Source: Candidatus Bathyarchaeota archaeon (GTDB taxonomy: Archaea; Thermoproteota; Bathyarchaeia; Bathyarchaeales; Bathycorpusculaceae). Taken from it: DNA of 64,000 bases. Shown here piece by piece: positions 1-9,469 of the stretch. Positions within the stretch are counted from its first letter, which is position 1, and each line of letters opens with the position of its first letter. The DNA is taken from NCBI GenBank assembly GCA_963782525.1, contig CAWAKC010000001.1, positions 1 through 64,000 of the forward strand. The letters run 5' to 3'. The notes under the pieces were generated by a model. That model searched no databases and was not told the origin of the DNA. It saw nothing but the letters and a program-made list of their open reading frames with translations. Made by a program: the position numbers and the translations under genes.

Positions 1-614
1 ATTCTCGATAGGCTCGATGACATAGAAGAGCCATCTATAATCAGAATGTACTGTAACATAATTTACACGAAATACAAGAGAAGAGATCCATATGGTTATC
101 CGAAGCATTGGTGCCTGTAAGCGCCAGGTACAATGAGTTGATTGTGGATTTTTTGCGCAGACCCTTGGAACAGAAGATCTGCATATTCGGTAAAACGATG
201 TATTTAGCACTTACCCAGCAACATAGCGGAGTAACCAAAAATAAAAAAAGAAAGCCAACAGGAAAAAGGCTTAGCAGGCCCGCCGCATATTGAAAACTTG
301 AAACCAAAACATATTTTGGGTGTTGGGCAAAAAATTTCTTGCTAAAGAAAACACCCCCAAAAAACACATAACATTTCTCTAGTAAAGACGTTGTTAACCC
401 ATATTTTTGCTGTAAAATCAGCAATTTTTAACAAGTTAGCACTGTAGGAAAATTTTACCCCAGGCATTTCTCTAGAAAGAAAGATTTTGCCTCGGACGTA
501 GCGACCGAATTGTGTTAGGCTAATGTGATATGCAGTCACCCTCCATTTTGGGCTTCTGAGTGAGGGAGGAGGGTTATGCACAGGTGGCGAACAAGAAATG
601 CACAGGTACACAGC

Positions 615-930
615 TTAAGGTGTTTAGTGGCAAAGAGGCAAAACTAAACTGCGCATTATCCTGCCTCTGGTGGAAAAGAAGGCTCTGGCAAAAGAAGATG
701 TTTTCCATATACTAAGAATAACCAAAGGCTTCAGACGTAAAGACCTCTAAAACAGTATGACCGACGAATGAATGCACTAAAACAGAATGGCTGAATCGGC
801 AAAAAGAGGGGACCTGGCGCCGTCAAAGGAGACTGCGTACTCTTATCAAATCACCCCCAAAGGACAAGCGGCTCTTAAAATGGATCGGAAAAGCGGAGAT
901 CGATTCTTGACCACGGCTACCATGAAGAAA
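615..930 (+). pseudogene. Decayed winged-helix-like ORF
   Basis: Fragments LKVFSGKEAKLN..., RRMNALKQNG and YQITPKGQAALKMD (the last resembles a wHTH wing, Y-x-[LI]-T-x-x-G) lie in different frames with stops. Coordinates approximate. Confidence 0.3.
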
Positions 931-1123
931 TAAACACTTTCAACAAATTACCGAAATTTTGAAGACTTCAGAAAAAGTTCGTAAAGACTGTTGCTCAGAA
1001 TAGCCAGCGATCTTTTACTTGAGGGAGGATATGTCCATTTTCGGAGAGGTGTCTTTGCGAGAGGTCTACAAAGACGTGCCGTCTTTGCAGCGATAGATGA
1101 TTTTTATTCTCAGCCTGCAAGAG

Positions 1124-1385
1124 ATGGAAGGTGACAACAAAGTGGTAAATATTATTGAGGACTGGGATGTCCTTGCTGAATATGCTGGAGAAAAACTTGG
1201 GTTTCTACCAACTCCTTAGCAACGATGGAATCATCGAAATTAGGGTCCAAACTGGCAGGATTGGCTTCAAGAAAGAGTTTGATAAAGGCGACGACCCGCT
1301 CTTAATAAAAATCTTGGATTTCTGCAAAAAACGCCGCTATATCCAAATCAGCGAAAACATGCGTGACGACCAATTTTTCAAGTAA
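1124..1385 (+). CDS. Small hypothetical protein (86 aa after removing one base near 1199-1201)
   Basis: ATG at 1124 reads MEGDNKVVNIIEDWDVLAEYAGEKLG and joins FYQLLSNDGIIEIRVQTG... of ORF 1155-1385 if one G of GGG is removed. The span is 262 nt (3n+1). Confidence 0.6.
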
Positions 1386-1396
1386 GGTGGCAGAGA

Positions 1397-1702
1397 CTTG
1401 AGGAAACGGCTCGATCGTACGCGTGCGTAGTCTGCGGAAACCCTCCTGCAGGGCACACAGGCTATGTTTACTACCAAAGCGGCAAAACAAGACTGTACGC
1501 TCCATTCTGCAAAGAGCACTTAGACAAAGCACCGCAGTATGCCAACCCTATCTTTGAAAATCCAGAAGCTGTTGAACTCTTCAGGCAAATGTTTCCAGTA
1601 ACCTACCTGCAAGACGTCAAAGGCAAACCAATCCTCTTTTTTGACTCACACAAAACCCAAAGGAAAACTAAACAGGAGCATGAGGTGGGAGGGAATGGCT
1701 GA
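1397..1702 (+). CDS. Small Zn-finger-like protein (CxxC...CxxH), start codon unclear
   Basis: Open frame LEETARSYACVVCGNPPAGHTGYVYYQSGKTRLYAPFCKEHLDK...GGNG-stop, not in the ORF track. An AGGTGG SD-like site sits just upstream, but the nearby TTG (1398) is one base out of frame. Confidence 0.5.
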   Translation, partial: LEETARSYACVVCGNPPAGHTGYVYYQSGKTRLYAPFCKEHLDKAPQYANPIFENPEAVELFRQMFPVTYLQDVKGKPILFFDSHKTQRKTKQEHEVGGNG

Positions 1703-1801
1703 GCTTACATCGAAACCTTCTCCAGACTGCATATTTGGCACTAAAGTCGGTTTTAATTCTTGTAAGTTGGAGTCTGCCCAAGGCTCCACCGGCACAGCCC
1801 C

Positions 1802-2183
1802 TTAAACTCACTTCAGAAGTTAATTTATGTTAGATATCGAGACCACGTTATATACAATCGCAGTATTGCTGGCATGATGCAGCCTCAAATCAGAGAAGCC
1901 GTCGGTTGGTTGGTCTACGAATGTGAACTTTACATTATCGTGTCATGGGATAGAGATGCTGGACCGCCTACACTTCATGGTGGCGACCCCAAAGCATCAG
2001 GTTTGGTACTTGCTAAAAAGCGATATTTTGGAGTTACAGAAACTAAAAATCTGCCCGCTGCTATTACAAAAAAATTCAAACTGGTCTTTAAATCGCAAAC
2101 ATGCTATACAAGATAGTGAGTTCGCGTTCCGACCATCGGAGCGAAAAACTCACAGAGCAAAAAGCTCCAAAGGAGAAAACTAG
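1802..2183 (+). CDS. Hypothetical protein, apparent +1 frameshift near 2010
   Basis: Frame LIYVRYRDHVIYNRSIAGMMQPQIREAVGWLVYECE...KASGLV continues as LLKSDILELQKLK in the next frame. Start codon uncertain. Confidence 0.5.
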
Positions 2184-3618
2184 ATTGATACAGCGCACAG
2201 CACCTTTAGCCTCCGCTATAACCCGCAACCGTAATCTCTCAGTTGAAGAACTAAAAAGCCTCAACCTACCGCTAATATTCCAAGGCGATATCGTCAGAAT
2301 CGAAAAAAGCATAGACGGCTGGAAACTCAGAAAACCCATCACTATACAACTCAGCAAAATCTTAGCTGCCCAAGAAAAAGGACTCGTAGACTACATCATA
2401 CGCTCATGCTTAAACGATCGCTCAAGCATAATCCCATACATCTTTGAATACCAAAGCATGCTAAAGATGGCACGACACTTCCTACGACACTGCTCAGCAT
2501 CACAAGACAGTTGCCTAATGTATGCTACCAAAGTCAGAAAATACGCCGAATGGTTAGGTCACAACCCTGATGTAATCATCCAAGATGTCAAACCCGTCGG
2601 CGCAATCCCCGACCCCATAAAAGTACAGAGCCACTGCGAATTCCTAAGCGACTACTTAGCCTACCTCCAAGACTCCGATCTAAGTTCAGGTGCAGTCAGT
2701 AACTACATCAAAGCAGTAAAAACCTTCTACCGCACTAACGGCGTTAAAAAAGTTGAACTCGACGAACCGCTAAGCCGCAAGGTAACATACAAAGACCGAG
2801 CGCCAAAACCTGAAGAAATCTCTAAGATGCTAGACAAAGCCGCTATACGGGAAGCCTTCATCGTTGCAGCTATCGCTTCAGGCGCCTTCCGAGAAGGAAC
2901 ATTTGCAAAACTCAAATACCGACACGTAAAAGAAGATTTAGAAGCCGGAAGAGTACCCATCCATATCCACGTCGAAGCCGCCATAACCAAGGGCAAATAT
3001 CACGATTACGATACCTTCATAAACACAGAAGCATGCCAGCTCCTAAAGCTATACATCCAAGACAGACGACAAGGCGGAAGATCAATGCCGCCAGAAGAAC
3101 TAACAGACGAATCCCCACTAATCCGAAACAGCCAAGTCACAGACAGAGCATTAGGCGTTAGCGAGAAAACCATCAGAAAAATCGTTCATGACCTAGCCGT
3201 AGGCACAAAAATCTCTGAGAAACTACCCAACAGCTGGATGTACAGCGTAAGAACACACAGCCTAAGAAAATTCTTCCGAAGCCAACTCAGCACAGCAAAA
3301 ATCGACACAGAAATCATCGAATACATGATGGGACATACAATCAACACCTATGAAGACGTCCAGAGCTTAGGCATAGAAACCCTAAGAAATCTCTACGCAT
3401 CAGCTGGGCTTGCGATCAGACCCAAAACACAGATAAACCGCATTGAACAACTCAAAGAAATCATACGAGCATGGGGAGCAAACCCAGAAGAAATCCTATC
3501 TAAAGACGCACTACTTAGAGGCAACATCACAGAGGCACAGGACCAGACGCAAAACCATCAACTCTCGATTCTTGCTGAACAACTCAAGCAGATTATCCGT
3601 AAGGAGGCTACGGAATAA
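2101..3618 (+). CDS. Tyrosine recombinase / phage-type integrase
   Basis: Catalytic residues visible: R (GAFREGT), K (ITKGK), HxxR (THSLRKFF), H (MMGH), Y (NTYE). The preceding core-binding-like region includes VSNYIKAVKTFY. The true start may be downstream of 2101. Confidence 0.9.
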   Translation: MLYKIVSSRSDHRSEKLTEQKAPKEKTRLIQRTAPLASAITRNRNLSVEELKSLNLPLIFQGDIVRIEKSIDGWKLRKPITIQLSKILAAQEKGLVDYIIRSCLNDRSSIIPYIFEYQSMLKMARHFLRHCSASQDSCLMYATKVRKYAEWLGHNPDVIIQDVKPVGAIPDPIKVQSHCEFLSDYLAYLQDSDLSSGAVSNYIKAVKTFYRTNGVKKVELDEPLSRKVTYKDRAPKPEEISKMLDKAAIREAFIVAAIASGAFREGTFAKLKYRHVKEDLEAGRVPIHIHVEAAITKGKYHDYDTFINTEACQLLKLYIQDRRQGGRSMPPEELTDESPLIRNSQVTDRALGVSEKTIRKIVHDLAVGTKISEKLPNSWMYSVRTHSLRKFFRSQLSTAKIDTEIIEYMMGHTINTYEDVQSLGIETLRNLYASAGLAIRPKTQINRIEQLKEIIRAWGANPEEILSKDALLRGNITEAQDQTQNHQLSILAEQLKQIIRKEATE

Positions 3619-3750
3619 CCCAAAAATCTACAGTACCTTTTCTCACATATGTCGGACCCGCCAAAATTCTCTGTTGTTACGAATTCCCGTTTCCCGGGTA
3701 ACTTCTTGTTTTCCGCAAGGTAGAAAAAGAGCATCCACCGACATACAATT

Positions 3751-4500
3751 ATGCCAAAACCCAAAAAGCAATACCTCTGGCTCGATGAATTAAGTACAAA
3801 AGAAGCAGCGCAAGCCGCCAAAGATGGCACGGTTGTGATTTTTCCTATAGGTAGCGTCGAGGAACATGGCGAGCATTTGCCACTGTGCACTGACAGCACT
3901 CAACCGGAGTATATTGCCCTAGAAGTCGCCAAGAAAACCGGTTGGATAGTTGCGCCACCATTCAGGTATGGAATCTGCAATGCCACCCGCAACTTTCCAG
4001 GAACAATAACAATACAGTTCGATACACTATACAAGATAGTGCATGATGTCTTATCAGAGTTAATTCGCAATGGCTTCAACCGAATTATCATATTAAGCGG
4101 TCATGCGGGAAATTCACATATGGTTGCGCTTAGGCTTGCAGCACAAGACATTGTAATAAAGAGCGACGAGACGGGGAAAGAGGGGAAAGTTCGGATCATG
4201 GTTTTGTCAGACTTTGACTTTGCAGAAGAATTAACTCCCAAATATGCCGACAAAAACGATGGGCATGCTGGCACACTCGAAACATCTAGAATGATGGCAA
4301 TTAAGCCAGAACTGATTAAAGCAAAAGGAGAAGCCAGCGTTTGGCAGATGCCACGCTTTGAGATTGTTGCACATCCAGAAAACTATTTTCCCAGCGGAGT
4401 TAACGGCGACCCCACAGCAGCTTCCGCAGAAAAAGGTCAAAAAATTAACAAGTACATAATTGAACAAATGGAGAAAATGGTAAAAAACCTTAAAGTATAA
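3751..4500 (+). CDS. Creatininase / creatinine amidohydrolase family protein
   Basis: Motifs PIGSVEEHGEHLPLCTD, FPGT, SGHAGN, DGHAGTLETS and GVNGDP. Confidence 0.9.
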   Translation: MPKPKKQYLWLDELSTKEAAQAAKDGTVVIFPIGSVEEHGEHLPLCTDSTQPEYIALEVAKKTGWIVAPPFRYGICNATRNFPGTITIQFDTLYKIVHDVLSELIRNGFNRIIILSGHAGNSHMVALRLAAQDIVIKSDETGKEGKVRIMVLSDFDFAEELTPKYADKNDGHAGTLETSRMMAIKPELIKAKGEASVWQMPRFEIVAHPENYFPSGVNGDPTAASAEKGQKINKYIIEQMEKMVKNLKV

Positions 4501-4556
4501 AAAATATTCCTAGCAGACGAAGAAAAAAGAAATATTAAAAAAACTCTCAAACGCGA

Positions 4557-4748
4557 TTATTTCTTCGTTTTTTGAGGAGTCTTTACTGGAGCTTTGGGTG
4601 CAACCTTTTTCGCTGGAGCTTTAACAGGCTTCATTGGCTCTTCACAACAAATCAGTTCGCATGTTTCATCGCATTCGCAAGGATTCTCAATTAAAACAAC
4701 AAGACCGCACTCATCACACTTATATTGTTCACCTTTCTTTTTTGCCAA
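4557..4748 (-). CDS. Small Cys-rich desulforedoxin-like metal-binding protein
   Basis: YKCDECG...LICCEEPM matches the desulforedoxin / desulfoferrodoxin N-domain pattern. TTG start after a GAAGGTGA SD; Lys/Pro/Ala-rich tail. Confidence 0.7.
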   Translation of the reverse strand: MAKKKGEQYKCDECGLVVLIENPCECDETCELICCEEPMKPVKAPAKKVAPKAPVKTPQKTKK

Positions 4749-5076
4749 AAAATCACCTTCTAAAAAGCCGCTATATAATGAACTGTTTTCTTAAAATATA
4801 AGAATTTCTAATTAAACCATTTTTCAGGGCAATTAGTGAAATTTATTGACAGATTCAAAACGGCTTATATTTTATTTTAGTGACATGAAGCAGCCGCAAA
4901 GACAAAAACCGCTGCATGTAACTGTCAACGACAACAACACATAATCAACGCCATCACACCAATAATTGAACGACACGCCAAGCCAAAATCCGCTCTAATT
5001 TTTTCGCTTAACCTCTATAGTAAGCTCTACAGAAAAGGTTTAAAGGCTAAAGAAAAGATAACTAGTTAGTGATTTT

Positions 5077-5505
5077 ATGCAGTTTTTTACGGTAACGGAC
5101 CAATCTAGTATAAAACATAAAGTTCTCGTAATCCCCCTAACCCAAAAAGAAATGACCCAATTAGTTGGGGAATGCGAGAAATGTATGCCCTCAATCTCAA
5201 TTTCATCTTTGATTCAACTTGGACATCCCTACTTGGTTGTGAGTTTTGGTGGCGACGCCTGGAAAACCGCCATAGCCCTTGACAAGGAATCTGATGATGG
5301 ACACAGAGTTGGGGATGAACTTGAAGTCGGCGATGTATTAAACGTGATTTTAACCTCTGAACCCAAAGCCCTAAGTGTTTCCAAAGAGAGGGTCTACATG
5401 AATGTACCTTTAGAAGCCGTTTTAGCGTTAAGTATCCTATACACTGCGGAGATCGCAGAAAACTATGCATTGTTCAAGATGATTAAGCAGCCCAAAGGCG
5501 AATAA
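5077..5505 (+). CDS. Hypothetical protein
   Basis: 142-aa ORF with ATG start, protein-like composition and an AT-rich promoter-like region upstream. Confidence 0.65.
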   Translation: MQFFTVTDQSSIKHKVLVIPLTQKEMTQLVGECEKCMPSISISSLIQLGHPYLVVSFGGDAWKTAIALDKESDDGHRVGDELEVGDVLNVILTSEPKALSVSKERVYMNVPLEAVLALSILYTAEIAENYALFKMIKQPKGE

Positions 5506-5513
5506 CTCAAGGT

Positions 5514-6164
5514 CTAACGCAGGTAACGTAGGAACCAATCTTTTGAGAATTTGGCGACTTGTTCAAGTGTGCCAAGTTCCTCAAAAAGATGCGTTGCACC
5601 AGGAATGATTGTCAGTTTTTTTTCAGCGATCATCTGATCCATGGCCTCTTGGTTTAACTCGATAACTTCGGTATCTAATCCGCCTACTAATAACAAAGTT
5701 GGCGCCACCACATTCGGGAGGTATTCTCCTGCTAAGTCAGGGCGTCCGCCTCGAGAAACTACCGCCGCAATCTCGTTTGGAAGCTTAGCAGCCGCAATCA
5801 ACGCCGCAGCAGCCCCCGTGCTTGCCCCAAAATATCCGAACGCTAACTTTTTGGTTTGGGGGTCGTTCCTTAGCCATTCTGTTGCGCTGATGAGACGTTG
5901 TGCCAGCAATGGAGTGTTAAAACGGTATTCTGCAGTTACCATATCTGTTTCTTCCTCTTCTTGGGTAAGCAAATCAAACAGCAAGGTTCCGATTGTGGCT
6001 TTGTTGAATTCCTTGGCGACGTATTGGTTTCGGGGGCTAAATCGGCTGCTACCGCTTCCATGCGCAAATAACACAACCCCTTTTGCGCCAGGCGGCAAAG
6101 TCAAAGTGCCCTCGACAACTACGTTGCCTACGGGAATTTTAATTTCTGTTTGATTATGAATCAT
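5514..6164 (-). CDS. Dienelactone hydrolase-like alpha/beta hydrolase
   Basis: FAHGSGSSRFSPRN, nucleophile elbow GASTG, SRGGRPDLA and GATHLFEE. Confidence 0.9.
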   Translation of the reverse strand: MIHNQTEIKIPVGNVVVEGTLTLPPGAKGVVLFAHGSGSSRFSPRNQYVAKEFNKATIGTLLFDLLTQEEEETDMVTAEYRFNTPLLAQRLISATEWLRNDPQTKKLAFGYFGASTGAAAALIAAAKLPNEIAAVVSRGGRPDLAGEYLPNVVAPTLLLVGGLDTEVIELNQEAMDQMIAEKKLTIIPGATHLFEELGTLEQVAKFSKDWFLRYLR

Positions 6165-6835
6165 AGAGTAACCATCCCTGCGGAGTTACGCGGTGTTTTT
6201 TCCTTGCTTTTTTTCAGCAGCATAATTACCTCTTCATCAGGGGTTTGGGAAAAATCCGAGTAGAATTCGCCTATTGCTTGGAAATATTCGGGTGTATAAA
6301 GGCAGACAACTCGATCAGCTATTTTTTCTAGTTCTTCGATGGTTGAGGGCGGACCAACGGGAACAGCGACGGTTACACTTGATGCTCGTCTATTTTTGAC
6401 TGAAGCCAATGCAGCTTTCATGGTTGACCCTGTCGCTATTCCATCGTCAACAACGATAACATCTAGCCCCTTAAGGTTTGGGTAGGAGGAGTCCTGCCGG
6501 TACAGCTTTAGCCTGCGCCCGATTTCATGTTTCTGACGCTTAGTTTCTATCTCAATGTATTCTTTGCTGACGCCCAAGTACTTGATTAGTCGATTATCCA
6601 AAATCGCGGTGCCATCCTCTGCGACAGCGCCGATTGCCAACTCGGGGTTTTCGGGCGCACCAATCTTTCGGGGAATGATAACGTCTAGCGGCAGGTTAAG
6701 CGCTCTGGCAATCTCAAAACCCACTACAACGCCGCCCCTTGGAATCGCCAGAACAATTCCATTTTTTCCAGAAAAATCCTTCAACGCAGAAGCTAAACGC
6801 TTACCAGCATCAACACGGTCAGTAAAAAAAGTCAT
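6161..6835 (-). CDS. Phosphoribosyltransferase family protein
   Basis: FTDRVDAG, LAIPRGG and PRPP loop VVDDGIATGST. Overlaps the hydrolase start (ATGA). Confidence 0.9.
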   Translation of the reverse strand: MTFFTDRVDAGKRLASALKDFSGKNGIVLAIPRGGVVVGFEIARALNLPLDVIIPRKIGAPENPELAIGAVAEDGTAILDNRLIKYLGVSKEYIEIETKRQKHEIGRRLKLYRQDSSYPNLKGLDVIVVDDGIATGSTMKAALASVKNRRASSVTVAVPVGPPSTIEELEKIADRVVCLYTPEYFQAIGEFYSDFSQTPDEEVIMLLKKSKEKTPRNSAGMVTL

Positions 6836-7041
6836 GTGTATACCTCAAAAGTATCTTGATAAAATAATAGTGAATTTAGGTATAAAAACTGGTTGACTCC
6901 CTTAAGCACAAAAACGTGTTCTACTGAAATTTTAAGTAAAAATAATCAAAGTAATTGGTGTTTAATGGCCGTCATTGCAGAAAATTTTGTTGGTAGACTG
7001 TAATGGACGGTTCAGACGTCAATACAATTTTATGAGCCAAA

Positions 7042-9447
7042 TTATGTTCTTTTGGTCAGCGCCATATTGTCTTTGTCGAAGGCGTATTCGCCGAACCTTG
7101 CTGAGTAGTATAGTCTTAGGTATTCTGCTGCGAAGCGTGGTTGGAATGGCAAGTCCTGGGGCTGTAGTTTTTCTTTGATTTTGAGTTGTTCTTCGATGGC
7201 TGCTTCAGCTAATGGATAGTTGAGCAGAAATTCTTTGCGTTCACTGTAAACAGCTAAAGTCTGCACTGCTTCTTCCACATATGAGAGGTATTTGGGCAGG
7301 TTTTCCATTATTTGGTTGATCTGGTAGTTGGATGGATTAGCGAGGATTTCAGTGGCTTTCTTTAAGCTGTCACGCAAGGTGCTGTTTTTCTCCCAAAGGT
7401 AGTCTTTTGTGGGTAGCAAACGGTCGATTGCTTCTTCATTGCTGATTAATCCAGAATATAGCATGGATAGGATATCGCTGGCAATTCCTATGAATCCTTG
7501 GACATCATCCTTCAATGCGACTACATCTAACATGTCAACCTTTTCTTTTTCCAACCTTTTCTCGGAGGTGGCTTTCATCAACTCAGCTTTCTTAGCGTAA
7601 CTAAGCACTTTGAAGGTGTTGTCACCGAAGACAGATGGCAAAGTTTCATTTTGAAGGCTTAGGTTAGCTATGGGATCAAGTGCGGTTCTTAGGTATCTCA
7701 TGGACGTTTGGATTTCAGCGCTATACTGGCGCTTCCAGTTGTTGAGGGAATTATAAAGAGCTTCCACACCTATCCAGGGAGCCTCTTTCTTCTGAAGTTT
7801 TTCGTTTGCAAATTCCACCGCTCTACTTTTCTCTGGCAACGAAGGATCATAGAGGGGTCTAATTATGCTGTAAATTGGTTCAACAATTGCTATCACTTCT
7901 CTTGCAAGGGCTCTTCCGCTTTCTAAGACTTGTTTTATAGCTTCAATTCGTTGTTCCAATGGCATTTCGTTTTGGTAATTAGTGTTCACTGAAGTTTTGA
8001 GGTCTAAGCCTTCAGTTTTGAATTTTCCAACCCAGTCAGAGAACTCGCAGGTAGCGAAGATTTGGTACTCAGAAAGTATCTTGGTAAGTTCGGCTTCAGC
8101 AGCATCTTTCTCCTTACTCAACTGGTTGAGTTCTGCGAATTTCTTGTCTAAATCTGACTGATCAAGATCGCGCAGTGCGATTTTTTTGAGCATCTCGTCA
8201 AGCGAATCTTTTATGATTAAGCCTTTACCTTCTGGCCCTGAGACAATCACTGGAATATTTTCTTTGACGTTGTCTATTTGAGCTTGGAATATTCCTAATT
8301 GGTCTTTTAGCGACTCTGCTTTTTCTTTAAGTTCCGAAAGCGATGTCGTTTGCTTGGGCGTAGTATCTATAAACATAACGGGCAACGTTAGGAGCAACGT
8401 AGCAAATATTCCCAGCACCATCGTAATGGGGCTAACATCAGCTGTAAATGCTAAAGGCCCTTGGAGGGAACTTAACAGGATAAAGAATATTGCCGCGGCA
8501 AGAGTTGCAGTGAAAATCTGGAAGAATTTGTCGCCGGAACCGATAATTCCTTCTTTTACAATGAACCGTGTAAAGAACATGAGCGTTAAAGCCAAACCAA
8601 CCACTATAACAGCGAACATTAAAATGCCAGGGATAGAATCTCGGTATTGAGTAACTGCATCACCGATGGTGCGACCTGGCCAGTCAGGTACCCATGTGGT
8701 TTGTCCAGCAATAACGTTGAGAGCATTAGACAGGTCATATAAACGGAACTGGGTCATAGAGGCAGTCAGGTCCTTAGCGATTGAAGTTAAAGGAACAAGC
8801 AGTGGTGGAGCAGACCCAGGCTCAAGCCACCAATCCGACCTGACAATTGGTAAAACAGTATATTGATAATACTGCATAATCTGTAAAGGCACAGAAAGCA
8901 ACACGTAATAGATGACTGTTAAGCTAACATATTTTTTGAAGAAAACCGCTGAAGCCAAAATCAAGGGGATAGCCAAAAAATAGATTGACCCCACAAAGAG
9001 GCATGCAACCGCCAATATGCCGAAGTCAATGGCGAGAGCACTCTTGTAACGGTTGAAAATTGCTGGTGCAGCAACAAACAGCGCCATCCAGATAACAATG
9101 AATGCTACTCGTATTTGGAAATCTCCGAGAAAAGAAATAAAGTACAATGTAGCTAAATGATACATTAAGCCTAAACCGATAATGACGCCGCCAATGGGCA
9201 TGCCAACTCTGGGAATTTTAAAAGTGATGAAAGCCACTAAAACCGCAAGGAAAAGGGGCAGTGGCTGAGGAAAAAGCGGCAGAACCGACATTCCAACCGC
9301 CATTGCGACAAGAGTTATCGCAAAAGTAAGCATTTTTAGCGAAGAAGGTTCAAAGTTACGTTCTTGTTCTTCTTTTTCTTTCCGTTTTTGCTTTTGAGAT
9401 TTATACCAAGAGCTAACACCGGATACTTTGAGGGAGGGCTTCTTCAC
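7042..9447 (-). CDS. Polytopic membrane protein with a long C-terminal coiled-coil/helical region
   Basis: Roughly 8-10 hydrophobic segments in the N-terminal 360 aa, then about 440 aa of charged helical sequence (LSELKEKAESLKDQL..., FAELNQLSKEKDAAEAEL). Confidence 0.85.
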   Translation of the reverse strand: MKKPSLKVSGVSSWYKSQKQKRKEKEEQERNFEPSSLKMLTFAITLVAMAVGMSVLPLFPQPLPLFLAVLVAFITFKIPRVGMPIGGVIIGLGLMYHLATLYFISFLGDFQIRVAFIVIWMALFVAAPAIFNRYKSALAIDFGILAVACLFVGSIYFLAIPLILASAVFFKKYVSLTVIYYVLLSVPLQIMQYYQYTVLPIVRSDWWLEPGSAPPLLVPLTSIAKDLTASMTQFRLYDLSNALNVIAGQTTWVPDWPGRTIGDAVTQYRDSIPGILMFAVIVVGLALTLMFFTRFIVKEGIIGSGDKFFQIFTATLAAAIFFILLSSLQGPLAFTADVSPITMVLGIFATLLLTLPVMFIDTTPKQTTSLSELKEKAESLKDQLGIFQAQIDNVKENIPVIVSGPEGKGLIIKDSLDEMLKKIALRDLDQSDLDKKFAELNQLSKEKDAAEAELTKILSEYQIFATCEFSDWVGKFKTEGLDLKTSVNTNYQNEMPLEQRIEAIKQVLESGRALAREVIAIVEPIYSIIRPLYDPSLPEKSRAVEFANEKLQKKEAPWIGVEALYNSLNNWKRQYSAEIQTSMRYLRTALDPIANLSLQNETLPSVFGDNTFKVLSYAKKAELMKATSEKRLEKEKVDMLDVVALKDDVQGFIGIASDILSMLYSGLISNEEAIDRLLPTKDYLWEKNSTLRDSLKKATEILANPSNYQINQIMENLPKYLSYVEEAVQTLAVYSERKEFLLNYPLAEAAIEEQLKIKEKLQPQDLPFQPRFAAEYLRLYYSARFGEYAFDKDNMALTKRT

Positions 9448-9469
9448 TGCATCGACCTAAAACCTTATT

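Larger units (their letters stand above)
1..3663. mobile_element. Right part of a putative integrated element (left end outside the window)
   Basis: Tyrosine recombinase at 2101-3618 is followed by the tRNA-3'-like sequence GTCGGACCCGCCA (3651-3663). Small hypothetical and decayed ORFs lie upstream; housekeeping genes resume right after. Confidence 0.5.

Noticed and set aside
41-611. Short ORFs 41-424, 108-293 and 342-611
   Set aside because: They overlap, have low-complexity or atypical composition and show no recognisable motifs.
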